Shown here: piece after piece, positions 52,801-63,433 of the stretch | Numbering within the stretch: the first letter of the stretch is position 1 | Layout of the letters: each line of letters begins with the position of its first letter | NCBI GenBank assembly: GCA_028023455.1 | Contig: JAQFVV010000008.1 | Location: 7,812,001-7,876,000 of the forward strand | Direction: 5' to 3' | Source of the DNA: Epiperipatus broadwayi | Lineage: Eukaryota > Animalia > Onychophora | Length of the DNA stretch: 64,000 nucleotides | Position numbers and translations under genes: made by a program | The notes under the pieces: model-generated | Seen by the model: the letters and a program-made list of their open reading frames with translations, nothing else | Databases searched by the model: none | Told to the model about the DNA's origin: nothing

Positions 52801-55800
52801 GATTGTAATGATAGTATTTTAGAAGTAAATATATGTTGGACTATTTCCATCAATTAATATTAATTGTTGAATGTCTTTATAAAAATTAAAACTTTATTTA
52901 AACTTTTCATTACATAACACATTTCAAGTGATATTACTCTCCTTTCTTCTTCAGGTGTTGTAGGCTTCACCTGTGATAGGACCAGCATGGAAATCCAATA
53001 TGCACTTTTAGATTCATGAATACTGAATTTAAGGTGGTGTTCTAGAAAACTAGGTTACTCTGTCAAAGATAACAATCTATAGAAATTTCTGATTTCTCAC
53101 TTTTTCCTAAATGCAAGGTTAATGAATGGGATGACTAAATAAAAAGTTCAAATATGATACAAAAGTTATAATCTTTTATGATGAATCATTAAAAGTGAGA
53201 GATTATTATTTAAGTTTCTAATATAACTTCAATGAAAAGAAAGTAATTAGATGATCATGAGGTCATGTGTTATTCAAGCATCAGAAATAACAAGCTATGC
53301 ATCGATCAAGGAATATTTAGTTCTTAAGTCTACTACTGCATTGATTATTTGAAAGTTGACAAACTAACTCCATTGATGATCAAATATTTACTCCAACAAA
53401 TATAATACTTTGTTATCAAAAATATTTATTTAAAATTACGTGAAGAAAATATCAAACAATTTATTAATATACAGAAATAACAATCAATTTATTGTTTTAC
53501 TGGTTACGAAGATATTATTTTGTAGCGATGTAGATAATTACTTTTTCACTTGAATCAGATCTCCGTGAACTATGTTCTCTGATCCGTAAAACTTTGGTTT
53601 CTGTTGTCTGAAGCATGAGTTGGGTAGCCAAGAAATCCTATAAAAAAATTTAAAAAATCATATTTTAATATAGTGCCATTATTTAAAAAAAATAAATAAG
53701 TAAATATTAAACACACCTGTATGATTCTGATCACTTCTTTCTGCATCTCTATAGCCATATGATAGACGTCATGATCAGAATTATTGTACATGATTGCATT
53801 TTGAAACATGAGCATCATGTCACGCTGAAATTCTCCAGTCGTACGAATGATACCATTTTCAATATTTTTTTTAATAGTAGACAAATCCATTGGCCTATAA
53901 AATTAAATATTGTGACCTCATTTACAAAGTTACAAAAAAGATTCAGTTAAATTATAGCTGTTACTCAAAACTATATAATAATCAAGGTAGTGACAATAAG
54001 TAATAAATTTAGTGTAAATATGAGAATTAAAAATTATATTAAAAAATTTAGTGTTTATATCAATACTTATAATGAATAGCTAAGTATAACAATAAAACCA
54101 AAATAACTCGATTAAAACTTTCAGCTATTATGCTATAAACAAAAAATGCTCATAAATATTATATACCTATGCACATGCATTCACCATTTTTCCACGTCCA
54201 TCATTTCTTTTATTTTGTCTTGAATTCAGAGCCATAAAAATAAATATTTACTGCTTTTCAAATTATTTTTTATGGTATCTATCATTGACAAATAACAATC
54301 CCAATGCAGTATTTTCCCATATGGATAACTGTTTTTTTTTTAAATACAAATCAATATTTTTATTTTATTAAAAAAATAAAAATAATTATAGTACTATCTT
54401 CTTTTTTTTTAAATCTTATAATTCAGAAATTTTTTTCATCTTTTTTTTTTTATTTACTTAAAAAGTTTAATTTCATCTTCCAATATTGTCTGACTTTCCT
54501 ACAAAGATTTTTGTTTTGCTCGTCTGCAATTTTCTATTAAAAATCTAATTGAAACGGCAAAATTCATCATAAATATCAACTTTTTTTTTCTATTTTTTTA
54601 AATAAATTAATGATTAAATAACATTTTTTAAAATAATTTAATGATTACAGTGGAGCTTCAAATCGTTATATTTTGTTCCAAGCCAAATACTGCAAGTGTA
54701 CATACATTATTTTTCAACACACACATTGTTTTTTTTATTTATGTGTATAAACAAAATTTTTAAAAATAATAATATAATTATTAATATAATATTGAGGGGG
54801 ATACATTTACATATATCTAAGTATGTGTGTGTGTTCACTCATGCATTCAATGAAGCAAAAAAAAAAAAATCATATTTTTATTTTTAAAATAACACTCTAG
54901 GCGATTTTCTTTTTCAATAACTTTTATATATATAGAAACTTAATAGATTGCTCTCTAACAAGAAATTACAGTCTTTCTTTTTAAACTCAATATTATTTTA
55001 AAAAATAATTTATTATGCAAATTACTGCACATCAACTTAGGAAAGAATACTAAAGAAAGAATAAAACATAAGTGATTTCAACATAAACTGAAGAAATTTT
55101 AATATATATAATCATGTATGTTGCTGAGAGAAAAAAAAGACTGAATATCATAAAATTTGCGAATCTTAATGGGTTTTTTTTTACTTAAATTCTTGTTTGT
55201 TTACAGTTTTCTTTGATAGTGTATAAATGAACTAGCATAATTAATAATTAGCTCATATTTTTTAAACGTGTTAGGTTATATATATACTCACATATTTTTC
55301 AAATAACTGAGTTGTGCTTAAATAACAATTAAGTTATAATTTATGTGTACTATATTTCAATGAATAATCATTAAATTGCTTATCTATTATTTTTAATGGA
55401 CTTGAGTTCATCATTTTTTACAAATCTATCACTTATTTTCAAAAGTTCATTGTGTATGTATGAATATATATATTATCTTAAAATGTAAAAATTGAAAATA
55501 AAATAGGAATTTTTCCATATATTATACTACATCTATAAACCAAATCTTTTTATTCCATTATCACTTTCTTTCCCTGGTATTTCAAACTCCTGCCTTTGCA
55601 TCACATAAAGTAAGTTCTCTTTTATTGTTTATGCTTTCATGTCTAATTCAATTTTTATTCTTGCAAAATTTTCAAGCATTCATCAACTTATCTACCCCTT
55701 TCCTCACACATACACACTTCAAAATTATGTACTTGTAATATATTCTCAATACATTTATTCTATTTCTAATATGTTTGTTTATCCATTAATTTTTCATATA

Positions 55801-58800
55801 GTGAAATCTTTATTACCTAAAATATTGTTATCCTATCATTATAATACAATTAAACACTAATTTTATTAATCCATTTTCATTTACATATTGTTATTTTCTA
55901 AACATTATTAATTTCCCTCACTAAAAAATAGAAACTCATCCAATTTTCATTGAATAATCTCACTAGATATTCACAATTCATCACCCAATGCATAATTATC
56001 TACTTCTCTTTGTATTCCATTAAAAAAATTTCTGGGTTCTCAGTCCAATATAAAATGCATGATTTCCGAATGTTAAAGCATGCAGGCATCATCATTTCTT
56101 TCCAAATTCTTCTGCATAAGTCATACTTATCATAAGAAATATATCAAACCTTTAGTTAATCTTATTCCATATTTTGCTATTTTTTCTCAACTCTAATTCT
56201 CAACTATCTGTACAATTCATTTTTCCATTTAATAAAGTATCTAAATATTAATACCCTTCCATTTTTTCAAGACAAATATCTTCCAATTTCTATTCAGTTT
56301 TACCTTTCCCATTAAATACTACAATTTTAGATTATTCTTTCACTGAATTTAATTTTCATACTTCTTTATAATTCTTTAATAACAACTTAGCAAAAAATAT
56401 TATATCATCCTGCAAATAAAAAAGCCCCCTATTTGTATTGTTCTATTTCAACTACAGAAATTCCTATTCCTAATCTTTCTATCTCACTCTAATAATAAAA
56501 ATGATAATGAATATTCCTATTTTAATTCAATTTCATAATTTTCCACTGACTTTATATCTCTAATTGTTATTTATAAAAATTATCATTGCAAAATGTCTTA
56601 GTTATTCTTAACAACTTTAAAAATCTACTCCCATATTTTCAAGACTTCTTCACAATCTATTTCTATCCATTTTCTCATAATTTTTTATACTGTACACAAG
56701 ACATATAATGATATCTAGATTTTGTGTTTTTTTAATTATAATTTTTTTATCCATAACCTTTCTATAGAATTTGTCAAAAATAAGAGAGATCTGGCTACCA
56801 GTTTAACAAGGTTTTGGCTCGTAAATTCTCAAACATTACTTCTATCATGGGGCAACTTTGTAAAGCATGATTAAGCATTTCATCTTCCCATGAACAAGTT
56901 GGTCATTTCTTTTATTACTGGTTTTTATTCCTCATTTTTAATATGGGTTCTTTGAGGAGAGGAACCACTTCCAAAGTCCCTTCTTAGTTTGCTTATTTGA
57001 TGTTTTGAATATGACTTTATTATACCCAATTTTCATTTGATTTGTTTGCTAGTGGATATATTATTGGGGTTTGATACCTTATGTAGATTGTCAATTGTTC
57101 TATTCTCTATGATACCATCTTTTTTTTATTGCTTTATCTTACCAATAGTTAGGGTTTTTATTATTTTTTCTCCAGTTATGACAGAAATAGTTAGTCAAGT
57201 GTACTGAAAACATTTAATACAACTATTAGTATAAATAAACAAAAAAAAAACTATATGTGGTGCAATTGTACAAATGTTTGGACTAAATATGTATTAGGTA
57301 AAATCTTACCTTTCCCCTTTGAAGATGATCGGATTTGTACACAAGCAAGCGCTCGTCATAAACTATATTTTATTTTACTTACATTAAAGACAACAATATT
57401 TCTCCATTATGTTATATACTAACACTTATATTCCCCTTTTTGTTTTGTATTCATATTAAAGATACGAACAAAAACATTTATATCAAATATACAAATAAAT
57501 AAAATTAATGATGTCAACTTAAATTTAGTTTTGAAGTTCATAACGAAGTGAATCATTCTGTAATTCTCATTAATTCATTTCACGTATAGATGGTAAATTG
57601 TGAGTGTTCTAGAACATCCATTAAGTCACTTATCCTTTATATCCTTTGGAATTTCTGCTTTGAAATGGATAGTTATTGGATCCATTTATTAAGAATAAAC
57701 TTGATGTTTCATAGCACAGGTGTAAAGTGCTAGCTCAATTCCATTCCAGTTCTGACATGGCCAATGACTTTTCTTTCCCCGATGTTGCTTTTGCACTTAG
57801 CAATGCATATTTTTCCATAGCTATTATTTATTTCTTTAATGAATTATTTTGAGTGAATTAATAGCAATATTTCTTGTATTATTGGATACCCTCAAATCTA
57901 GATACTTCGATCTATAACTTAGAATTACAGGCAGTTTGGAAATTCGAATGATCTGAATTTACTTTCAAAGATTTCAATTTCAAATTCCTCAGTTGGCTAA
58001 CTTTAATTCTATATGCTTGCTTTGCTTTCTCAGATATTCAGATATAGGTTTTTAATATTATTTCAACTCAAAAGTGGCTGGTGTTTCTATTCAAATTGTA
58101 AATTCGAATTCTCTACTTAAATTTTTGTAGGTTATTCAGCAGATAAGAAATTTTCTCTCTCCTTGGAGAAGAAGCTTACTGTTGAAAAACAGCAAGTTCG
58201 TGATTATCATTTAAGTCCATTGTTGATGTCATTATTAGTGATTATTATTATATGTAATGCATTAATAACAATAATACTTTTAATTTTCTATTTCTTTACT
58301 TTAATATAAATTTTCATTTCTTGATTGCGCTCATGTTATCCGATCATATTTATCACATATTGTTGTAGTGTGATAGAGTTAAATCACACTTAACAAGATA
58401 ATAATTACTAAAGGTTAGTTATCGTGTCTGTGTTTTATAATTTAATTGAGATACGTATTTATAGTATAATTAAGTTGGGGTTTAAATGTGTATCACAATT
58501 AATGGTTTGTAAGGTGTATAATTGGTATTGGAGGTATGTAAGGGGCACATTTTACACTAATAATACCATCATTACCAGAAAGCAAATCAGTAGTTTTCCT
58601 TTTGAACTTAAGACCAGAATTATTTTGCCCACAACCTTCTAAATAGTATGATAAATCTGAAAATATAAATTGATAATTTTACTGTTTAATAATTAAAATT
58701 TACTATGATTATTAGAACCATAATTGGTCTATAAATTTGTCTAACAATCTAGACCTATAAGTGTTGTGTAAAATTAGTTTTTTTATATTCTGCCTTAATT

Positions 58801-61800
58801 ATAACATAATTTCATAAGATGTTGTCGTTCGAACTCTGAAACATCCAAATTTCTTAATATTGATTTTTCTACCAAAACAAAAAAATATAATATAATAGCA
58901 GTACTCACCTGAACACAATGCTATGATATCCTGGTGCAACTTCATCTGTTACTGGATGTAGAAAAACATTTGCAAATCTAATTCAAAATGTAAAAATATT
59001 AATAAAAGAAAGCAATATATATTATAATGATAATTTTTTATGGTTAAAAAATGAAATTAAGAAAATTTTTGGAAATTAATATATATCAGTGCTCCATATT
59101 GAGAAATTCCTATAATCAGCATTTGAATAATTAAATTTAAATCTTTAATAAGGATTCCATTCAAAAACATAAAATTCTCTCCACAAAAGTAAGCTGCCAA
59201 TGTCGCATTCAGATCTGTCATTCTTTTCACAGCTATAGAGTCTTGAAGAACTGTTGTATTTCAAATGAGAATATTTTTAAAATAAAGTTTTTTGTTAAAT
59301 ATTTTATCAGACAGTCATTGTCTAATCATAGTTGACAAGAAGGTAACACAAATTTCAGTATTTTCTTCTTTTTTTTGTTTTTGTTTCACGATTAAATGAC
59401 TTTTAGAAATATTGCTAGAGAGATATCATAGCTTTGATAAGGATGAATGAAATTTCATTGAAACATTAGTAGCCTACACCTATGGAATTTCTGTGTAAAT
59501 AGAGATTTGTAAGATTTTAAACAAGCATTGTACAAATTCCTCAATGCAGAAAACTCATACATATTTCCCAAAAATTTTTTTAATTTCACATGTATATATT
59601 ATTACAATTTCATCTAAAAGTCAAACTTTCTGCTACATCTTCCATTTTAGATAAATACATTAACAATACTTATTAATGATTTACTATATTAAAGATTGTC
59701 ATATTTCTAGACCAAATATAAACTTTGGACATAATGTTATTAGATTTACTGAAATCATTGTATATAAAATATATTCTTTTATGACATTTTTAAAATCATT
59801 AATGTTCTGAAATTGAACAACTATTATTGATATAAAGTTTAGAAATAACATATAATCAATTTTTTGATTATAAAACGAAGCTGATATTGATTTTTGTGAA
59901 TTAGTAATATTGGCTAATCATTCTTAATTATTTTGAAAAATATTGGATTGCATATTTTTCTTATATAGTGGTTTTTCTTTTTCTATCTTTCACGTCTGAA
60001 GCTGAGGAACTCTGCTCTTGAACCTAACAAAAATATTTTTGCCCTTATAGATATAGTGTGACACATGCTACCCTACTAATTTTTTTTAGTTTTGTTTATT
60101 TAAAGCTACAAAAAAGAGCTTTAAAATATAAAATATTTTACTAATTTTGAACAGTGATTCGATATTTGAAAAATCAATTAAATTAGCATTAGGTCTTATG
60201 AGCCATTTCATGTAGCCTCTTTAACATGTTTATCTATTTATTTTATGTTGTATTTTAAAATCATAAATTTTCTTTTACATACTTCTGTCATATTATGGCT
60301 AGTACTATATTTACGGATTGATGCTTAGTGGTGACAATGAGATTTGCGAGCGAGCGACATCACTCTTATGTCAGGGAACACGAGTAGTTAATAAAGTTTG
60401 TTAGTTATCTAAACTGTGTGTATTTATTTAGTTACATATTACAGCCAAGAACATAACTTGGTGTCAGGAGTGAAATAATGAAGTATTAGTAAAAAAAATA
60501 TTTCTAAAGTCTATAAAACAGTGAGTATTTAAATATTGATAAAAATAAGTTTTTATAGCAATTTTTTTTTTTTTCATATTGTATTTGCCGAAATACAAAA
60601 TGGCGTCACAATTCGATCGTTTGTACAATATCGAACTGCTATCTATAGAAGGAAATATGTCAGTTAAATGGACTGAATGGAAAGAATTATTCCTAAATTT
60701 CCTAGAAGCAACAGAAAACGATATGAAATCAGATAAAGTAAAATTAGGAATATTACGTCATCTCATTGGAAAAGAAGGGAGAGATGTAATAAAAACATTA
60801 GACCATGCGAATCCAGAAGATAAAACAAAATTGTTATCCGTTTTAAACCAAATGGATAAATATTTTAACACCGTGAAAACAACATTATATGACAGAATAA
60901 AAGCATATACAATGGAGGCACACGAGGGAGAATCGATTGATCATTTTCTTACTCGTTTAAAAGTAGTAGTTGAAAAAGCTGACTTCAGGGATCAAAAACA
61001 AAATATCCTCCGCGATAGAATTATAATGGTACAAAAAGAAGAAGGACTAAAAAACAGATTATTTGAAAAAGGAAATATTACATTAGAAAAAGCACTGGAA
61101 ATAATACGTGGACATGAAACTAGAAGACTCAAAAATGAATTACTGAGAAAGTCTGAACTATGTATTAACGTAATAGCGAAAACTACAACAAACATACGCA
61201 ATTGTCAAAAGTGCAACCGTAATCATCCAAAACGTGCCCCGCATTTGGTAAAAAATGCTATAATTGTGGAAAGTTAAACCACTTTGCCAATAATTGCTGT
61301 AAGAGAAGCTACGACAATAAAATTTTAAAAGCACAAAAACGCTCAAACACAAGATATAGAAATATTAATAGATATGGACGTTATGAGAATGAAGTAGAAG
61401 ATGCTATGACATCGGATTCATCATATACCAATGATGTTGAAAACACAATTGGATACGTCAGACGTGTAGACTCAACTCATTCGTTTAATGGCCGATTTAT
61501 TAGACAACAATAAAATAAAAATAAAAATAGACACAGGAGCTGATGTAAACATTATGTCTAAAAAAGGGCTTAATACTATTCATCCACAACCAGTAATATA
61601 CAAAAGAAAGAAATTACGCGCTTTTGGAGGATCATTTCTTACCCCAATAGAAAAAGTAAAACTTCAATGTAAAATAAAAAAAGATCTGCGTAATTTACGT
61701 TTTATAATAATAAAAGAAGATGAACCAACACTTCTTAGTGGCCGTGATTGTGAATTATTAGATTTAATTAAACGCAATAAAATTACAGTACAAAAAGTAA

Positions 61801-63433
61801 CGATGAAAAATAAAAGTAAAAATGATCAAAATATATCCAACAACAACAAAGATACGACAACAAGAAGTAGAAAAGATAATAAAAGTATTAAAACACAGGA
61901 AGTAAAAGAAAATGAAAACTTCAAGTCTATATATGAGAAATACAAAGATGTTTTTCAAAGTGTGGATTATGAAGGTGAACACCACTCACAGTAGACCTAA
62001 CATTTAAACCAGTTATTCACACACCAAGATACATGAACAATTACGTGAGGAATTAAAAAAATTGGAAGATATTCGTTTACAATATGAAATGTTAAAGAAA
62101 TTGGATGAAGAACAGTCCCATCAATTAATTGAAAAGGAGAGAGAAGTACAGCGAAAATTTCAATTAGCAAAGGAAGAGGAATGGCATAAAATCACTAATA
62201 TAGAAGCTGAAATGTTAGGATTAGAAAATAAAATTCAAGAGTTGGAAAGTTACAAAATTGATGAAAGTAATCAAAAGCAAGTTGATGTTAAAAAAACTGA
62301 AGATAATGCCAGGCTAGCAATTGACAATAAAGAATTACTTGAAAAGGAATGTAATGTGTTAAGAATCAAAGTTCACAAACATCAATCTAGTATAGAAGAA
62401 TTAGAGAAAGAAAAAAGTTTGAATTCTGAATTACATCAACAGCTTAAAGACGATCTTCACAGTTTATCAGTTGTTCATCAGGATTTGCAATTACAAAACA
62501 GCAAATTAAAATCTTCTATTGATTTATTAACAAATGAACTGAAAGTTGCCAAAGCTGATTTTATCAAAATGAAGAACACAGCTGAAAGATTCACAACAAC
62601 AACTCCACAGACACAAGAACCAGATGAGGAGACACAGTTGCCTGTACCTGAGACAAAGAAATCACCACCATCAACATCAAGTGATAACGGCATAGCAATA
62701 AGAATACCAGTCGAACATTCCGAGATGAGAGAAAAATCAAACAGAAGAAGAAGGCCTCCAGTATATTTAAAAGACTATGTTTGGAAATAAAATTTAAAAA
62801 AAGAGAGTTGTCATATTATGGCTAGTACTATATTTACGGACTGACGCCTAGCGGTGACAATGAGATTTGCGAGCGCGCGACATCGCTCTTATGTCAGGGA
62901 ACGCGAGTAGTTAATAAAGTTTGTTAGTTATCTAAACTGTGTGTATTTATTTAGTTAGATATTACAGCCAAGAACATAACAACTTCTTCATGCAAATTGA
63001 TTGTTTAATCAATTACAAATTTTAAAAAGTGATTATTAGCTTTTCAGAGAATTTTGTATAATGTTCAAATATAACTATTAGAATCAAACAAATTTTGTGA
63101 TGAAAATCTAACATTTCAAATAAATAAAACAGTGAATCAGAGTATTATTTTCTATGAACTTGTAATATAAGAACATAATATATCTACTAAGTGAATATAG
63201 AAGTATTTCATGTGAAAATAAAAAAAGATTTAAAAGATATCAATCAAAATTAAATAATTGTATTCTAGATTTCATACTTCATTTTACATATTAAGATGAC
63301 AATTGTTATTAAATAATATCTGCAAAAACTATTAAATACTTATTTTATTACTTACTTATGATTTGCAGCTGCTCGCCACACTAACATAATAGCTTTCTTC
63401 CAAGATTTATAATCTCGCTGATTTTCTTCATCT
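25704..63433 (-). CDS. BRD8: Bromodomain-containing protein 8 (NuA4/Tip60 subunit) homologue, 3' part; join of exons 63356-63433, 58909-58977, 53717-53894, 53542-53637, 43946-44011, 25704-25805; gene continues beyond the right edge
   Basis: Splicing at GT-AG sites gives DEENQRDYKSWKKAIMLVWRAAANHKFANVFLHPVTDEVAPGYHSIVFRPMDLSTIKKNIENGIIRTTGEFQRDMMLMFQNAIMYNNSDHDVYHMAIEMQKEVIRIIQDFLATQLMLQT…KRRTRGDEQPSKE*. This closely matches the BRD8 bromodomain and its FLATQL tail; all intron phases are compatible. The last two exons rest on splice signals and frame only. Confidence 0.9.
27196..27427. repeat. Diverged tandem duplication, period ~112 bp
   Basis: 'tttaatgtcaaaacagtatgatagcatat…ttcaaagattatcct…ttgctttttttttct(g/a)catgaatgat' occurs twice. 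Confidence 0.9.
33429..34054 (-). repeat. 3' LTR of the Mag-like element
   Basis: Matches 38458-38558 plus 39513-40011; contains an internal ~49-bp tandem 'gactcttcca.ctg.act.gga.agcttgcct' and minus-strand AATAAA at 33844-33849. Confidence 0.9.
34074..37930 (-). pseudogene. gag-pol pseudogene of the Mag-like element
   Basis: gag: SWPNYMECLIFY…ATLMTIIGPQTYDIL (37703-37930). PR: VKMELDT (~36990). RT: VFTKIDLKHAYLQL…HKGLF…RLPFGI and PYFDDILL (~36150-36370). RH: ICDLSPEGTGAVLS…IAFAS…AEKNYAQIDREA (35587-35802). IN: VDSFSK…IVTDNGTAF…FHTESNDQVER (34482-34856). Many stops and frameshifts. Confidence 0.9.
38458..40011 (-). repeat. 5' LTR of the Mag-like element (interrupted by 38559-39512)
   Basis: 'tgttgtgtttg…caacaattaatatgta' and 'atgctgaggtagtcatgca…agatatgata' match the 3' LTR. 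Confidence 0.88.
38559..39512 (+). mobile_element. Truncated solo half-LTR of the long-LTR family, nested in the 5' LTR of the Mag-like element
   Basis: Starts with TGTGAGAGTACC, the exact LTR start at 13891 read on the minus strand, and follows the reverse complement of 13891 to ~12990 at visibly lower identity. The host LTR resumes at ~39513. Confidence 0.88.
41071..42208. mobile_element. Inverted pair of Penelope-like element 3' fragments (GIY-YIG endonuclease)
   Basis: Arms ~41071-41510 (minus) and ~41767-42208 (plus) are reverse complements at roughly 75%. The plus arm reads VIYKISCSCYKIYIGQSKLSCNERVK from 41876; the minus arm reads KIYIG*SKLSLNE…NSALY. Confidence 0.8.
43946..44011 (-). 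CDS. BRD8: BRD8-like exon RSASLPSEECTVPPESSKSNEK
   Basis: 'tttcttttttttag|AGA…GAGAAG|gtaat', 66 nt, phase 0-0, GC-richer than its flanks. Confidence 0.7.
45370..45930 (-). mobile_element. Old LINE 3'-end remnant; second copy at ~48760-49150
   Basis: Shares 'ttatgtgataatg.attaacatgaga…taatatttgtcagaga…agactttttatat…tttctaaatatattttaactt' with 48760-49015; the purine-rich minus strand resembles the 3' end of the 20-kb LINE. Confidence 0.5.
46200..48250 (-). mobile_element. Ancient Gypsy remnant (gag-RT-RH), no LTRs found
   Basis: gag-like TFLLGISSDNLRQKLLTL (~48030-48100), RT FCKLDFNMAFY*L (~47040-47075) and VIYYFDELLV (~46895-46925), RNase H TNASDFGMGAVL (~46665-46705). Confidence 0.7.
48760..49150 (-). 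repeat. Second copy of the old LINE 3'-end remnant at 45370
   Basis: Colinear shared blocks with 45385-45630. Confidence 0.55.
53542..53637 (-). CDS. BRD8: BRD8-like exon DFLATQLMLQTTETKVLRIREHSSRRSDSSEK
   Basis: 'ttttatag|GAT…GAAAAA|gtaatt', 96 nt; FLATQL is a conserved BRD8 post-bromodomain motif; 79-nt intron upstream. Confidence 0.9.
53717..53894 (-). CDS. BRD8: BRD8-like bromodomain exon (R)PMDLSTIKKNIENG…MQKEVIRIIQ
   Basis: 'ttttatag|GCCAATG…ATACAG|gtgtgt', 178 nt; canonical PMDL…MFQNAIMYN bromodomain core. Confidence 0.96.
55500..56720 (-). mobile_element. Heavily decayed, internally deleted relative of the RTE-X-like LINE
   Basis: Segment ~56330-56500 parallels 21150-21370 (FADD region broken by a 1-nt indel; shared 'tcctaatctttctat'); purine-rich minus strand. 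Confidence 0.6.
56790..57130 (-). mobile_element. LINE ORF2 C-terminal zinc-finger remnant
   Basis: Minus strand reads CSWEDEMLNHALQSCPMI (~56845-56900), the tail of a CxxC…E…H…C finger. Confidence 0.4.
58909..58977 (-). CDS. BRD8: BRD8-like bromodomain exon FANVFLHPVTDEVAPGYHSIVF
   Basis: 'ttttgaattag|ATTT…GTTCAG|gtgagt', 69 nt; ZA-loop F..PV..APGY motif. Confidence 0.95.
60286..60458 (+). repeat. 5' LTR
   Basis: tgtcatattatggc…ccaagaacataact; AATAAA at ~60391. Confidence 0.95.
60459..60472 (+). other. Primer-binding site, tRNA-Leu(CAG)-type
   Basis: TGGTGTCAGGAGTG is complementary to the …CACUCCUGACACCA 3' end of tRNA-Leu. Confidence 0.8.
60600..61277 (+). pseudogene. gag of the 2.7-kb element (frameshift before the second zinc knuckle)
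   Basis: ATG at 60600: EGNMSVKWTEWKELF…KLGILRHLIG…LRDRII…LTLEKALEI-type Mag gag. After a shift at ~61235 it reads PAFGKKCYNCGKLNHFANNC (CCHC). Confidence 0.88.
61488..61994 (+). pseudogene. Retropepsin (aspartic protease) region
   Basis: KIKIDTGADVNIMS catalytic motif and PTLLSGRDCELLDLI flap/C-terminal motif. Confidence 0.9.
62008..62790 (+). CDS. Chimeric open frame: pol remnant + ~165-aa coiled coil + pol C-terminal tail (RRRPPVYLKDYV)
   Basis: Stop-free from 62008 to TAA at 62788-62790. Heptad-rich E/K/L/Q core ~62070-62570; low-complexity tail ending in the Gypsy-pol-like R..PP.YLKDY motif just before the PPT. Confidence 0.6.
   Translation, partial: TSYSHTKIHEQLREELKKLEDIRLQYEMLKKLDEEQSHQLIEKEREVQRKFQLAKEEEWHKITNIEAEMLGLENKIQELESYKIDESNQKQVDVKKTEDNARLAIDNKELLEKECNVLRIKVHKHQSSIEELEKEKSLNSELHQQLKDDLHSLSVVHQDLQLQNSKLKSSIDLLTNELKVAKADFIKMKNTAERFTTTTPQTQEPDEETQLPVPETKKSPPSTSSDNGIAIRIPVEHSEMREKSNRRRRPPVYLKDYVWK
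62809..62981 (+). repeat. 3' LTR
   Basis: tgtcatattatggc…ccaagaacataaca, followed by the TSD acttc. Confidence 0.95.
63356..63433 (-). CDS. BRD8: BRD8-like exon DEENQRDYKSWKKAIMLVWRAAANH
   Basis: 'tttttatgttttag|AGATG…CATAA|gtaagt', 78 nt; WKKAIMLVWRAAANH is the BRD8 bromodomain helix Z; phase 2 matches the next exon. Confidence 0.95.

Larger units (their letters stand above)
60286..62981 (+). mobile_element. Non-autonomous Gypsy (Mag-like) LTR element, 2696 bp, lacking RT/RH/IN and carrying a coiled-coil insert
   Basis: 173-bp LTRs (60286-60458, 62809-62981; 9 differences counted). 5-bp TSD ACTTC (60281-60285 / 62982-62986). PBS TGGTGTCAGGAGTG at 60459. PPT AAAAAAAGAGAG at 62796-62807. Confidence 0.95.

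Noticed and set aside
53570-53890. 106-aa ORF in the track as a stand-alone bromodomain gene
   Set aside because: It reads through a 79-nt GT-AG intron. The spliced frame continues as DFLATQL, and the start lies in upstream exons.
40237-55860. Numerous 60-100 aa F/I/L/K-rich ORFs across the BRD8 introns
   Set aside because: Composition expected by chance in very AT-rich DNA; no motifs or splice-consistent structure.
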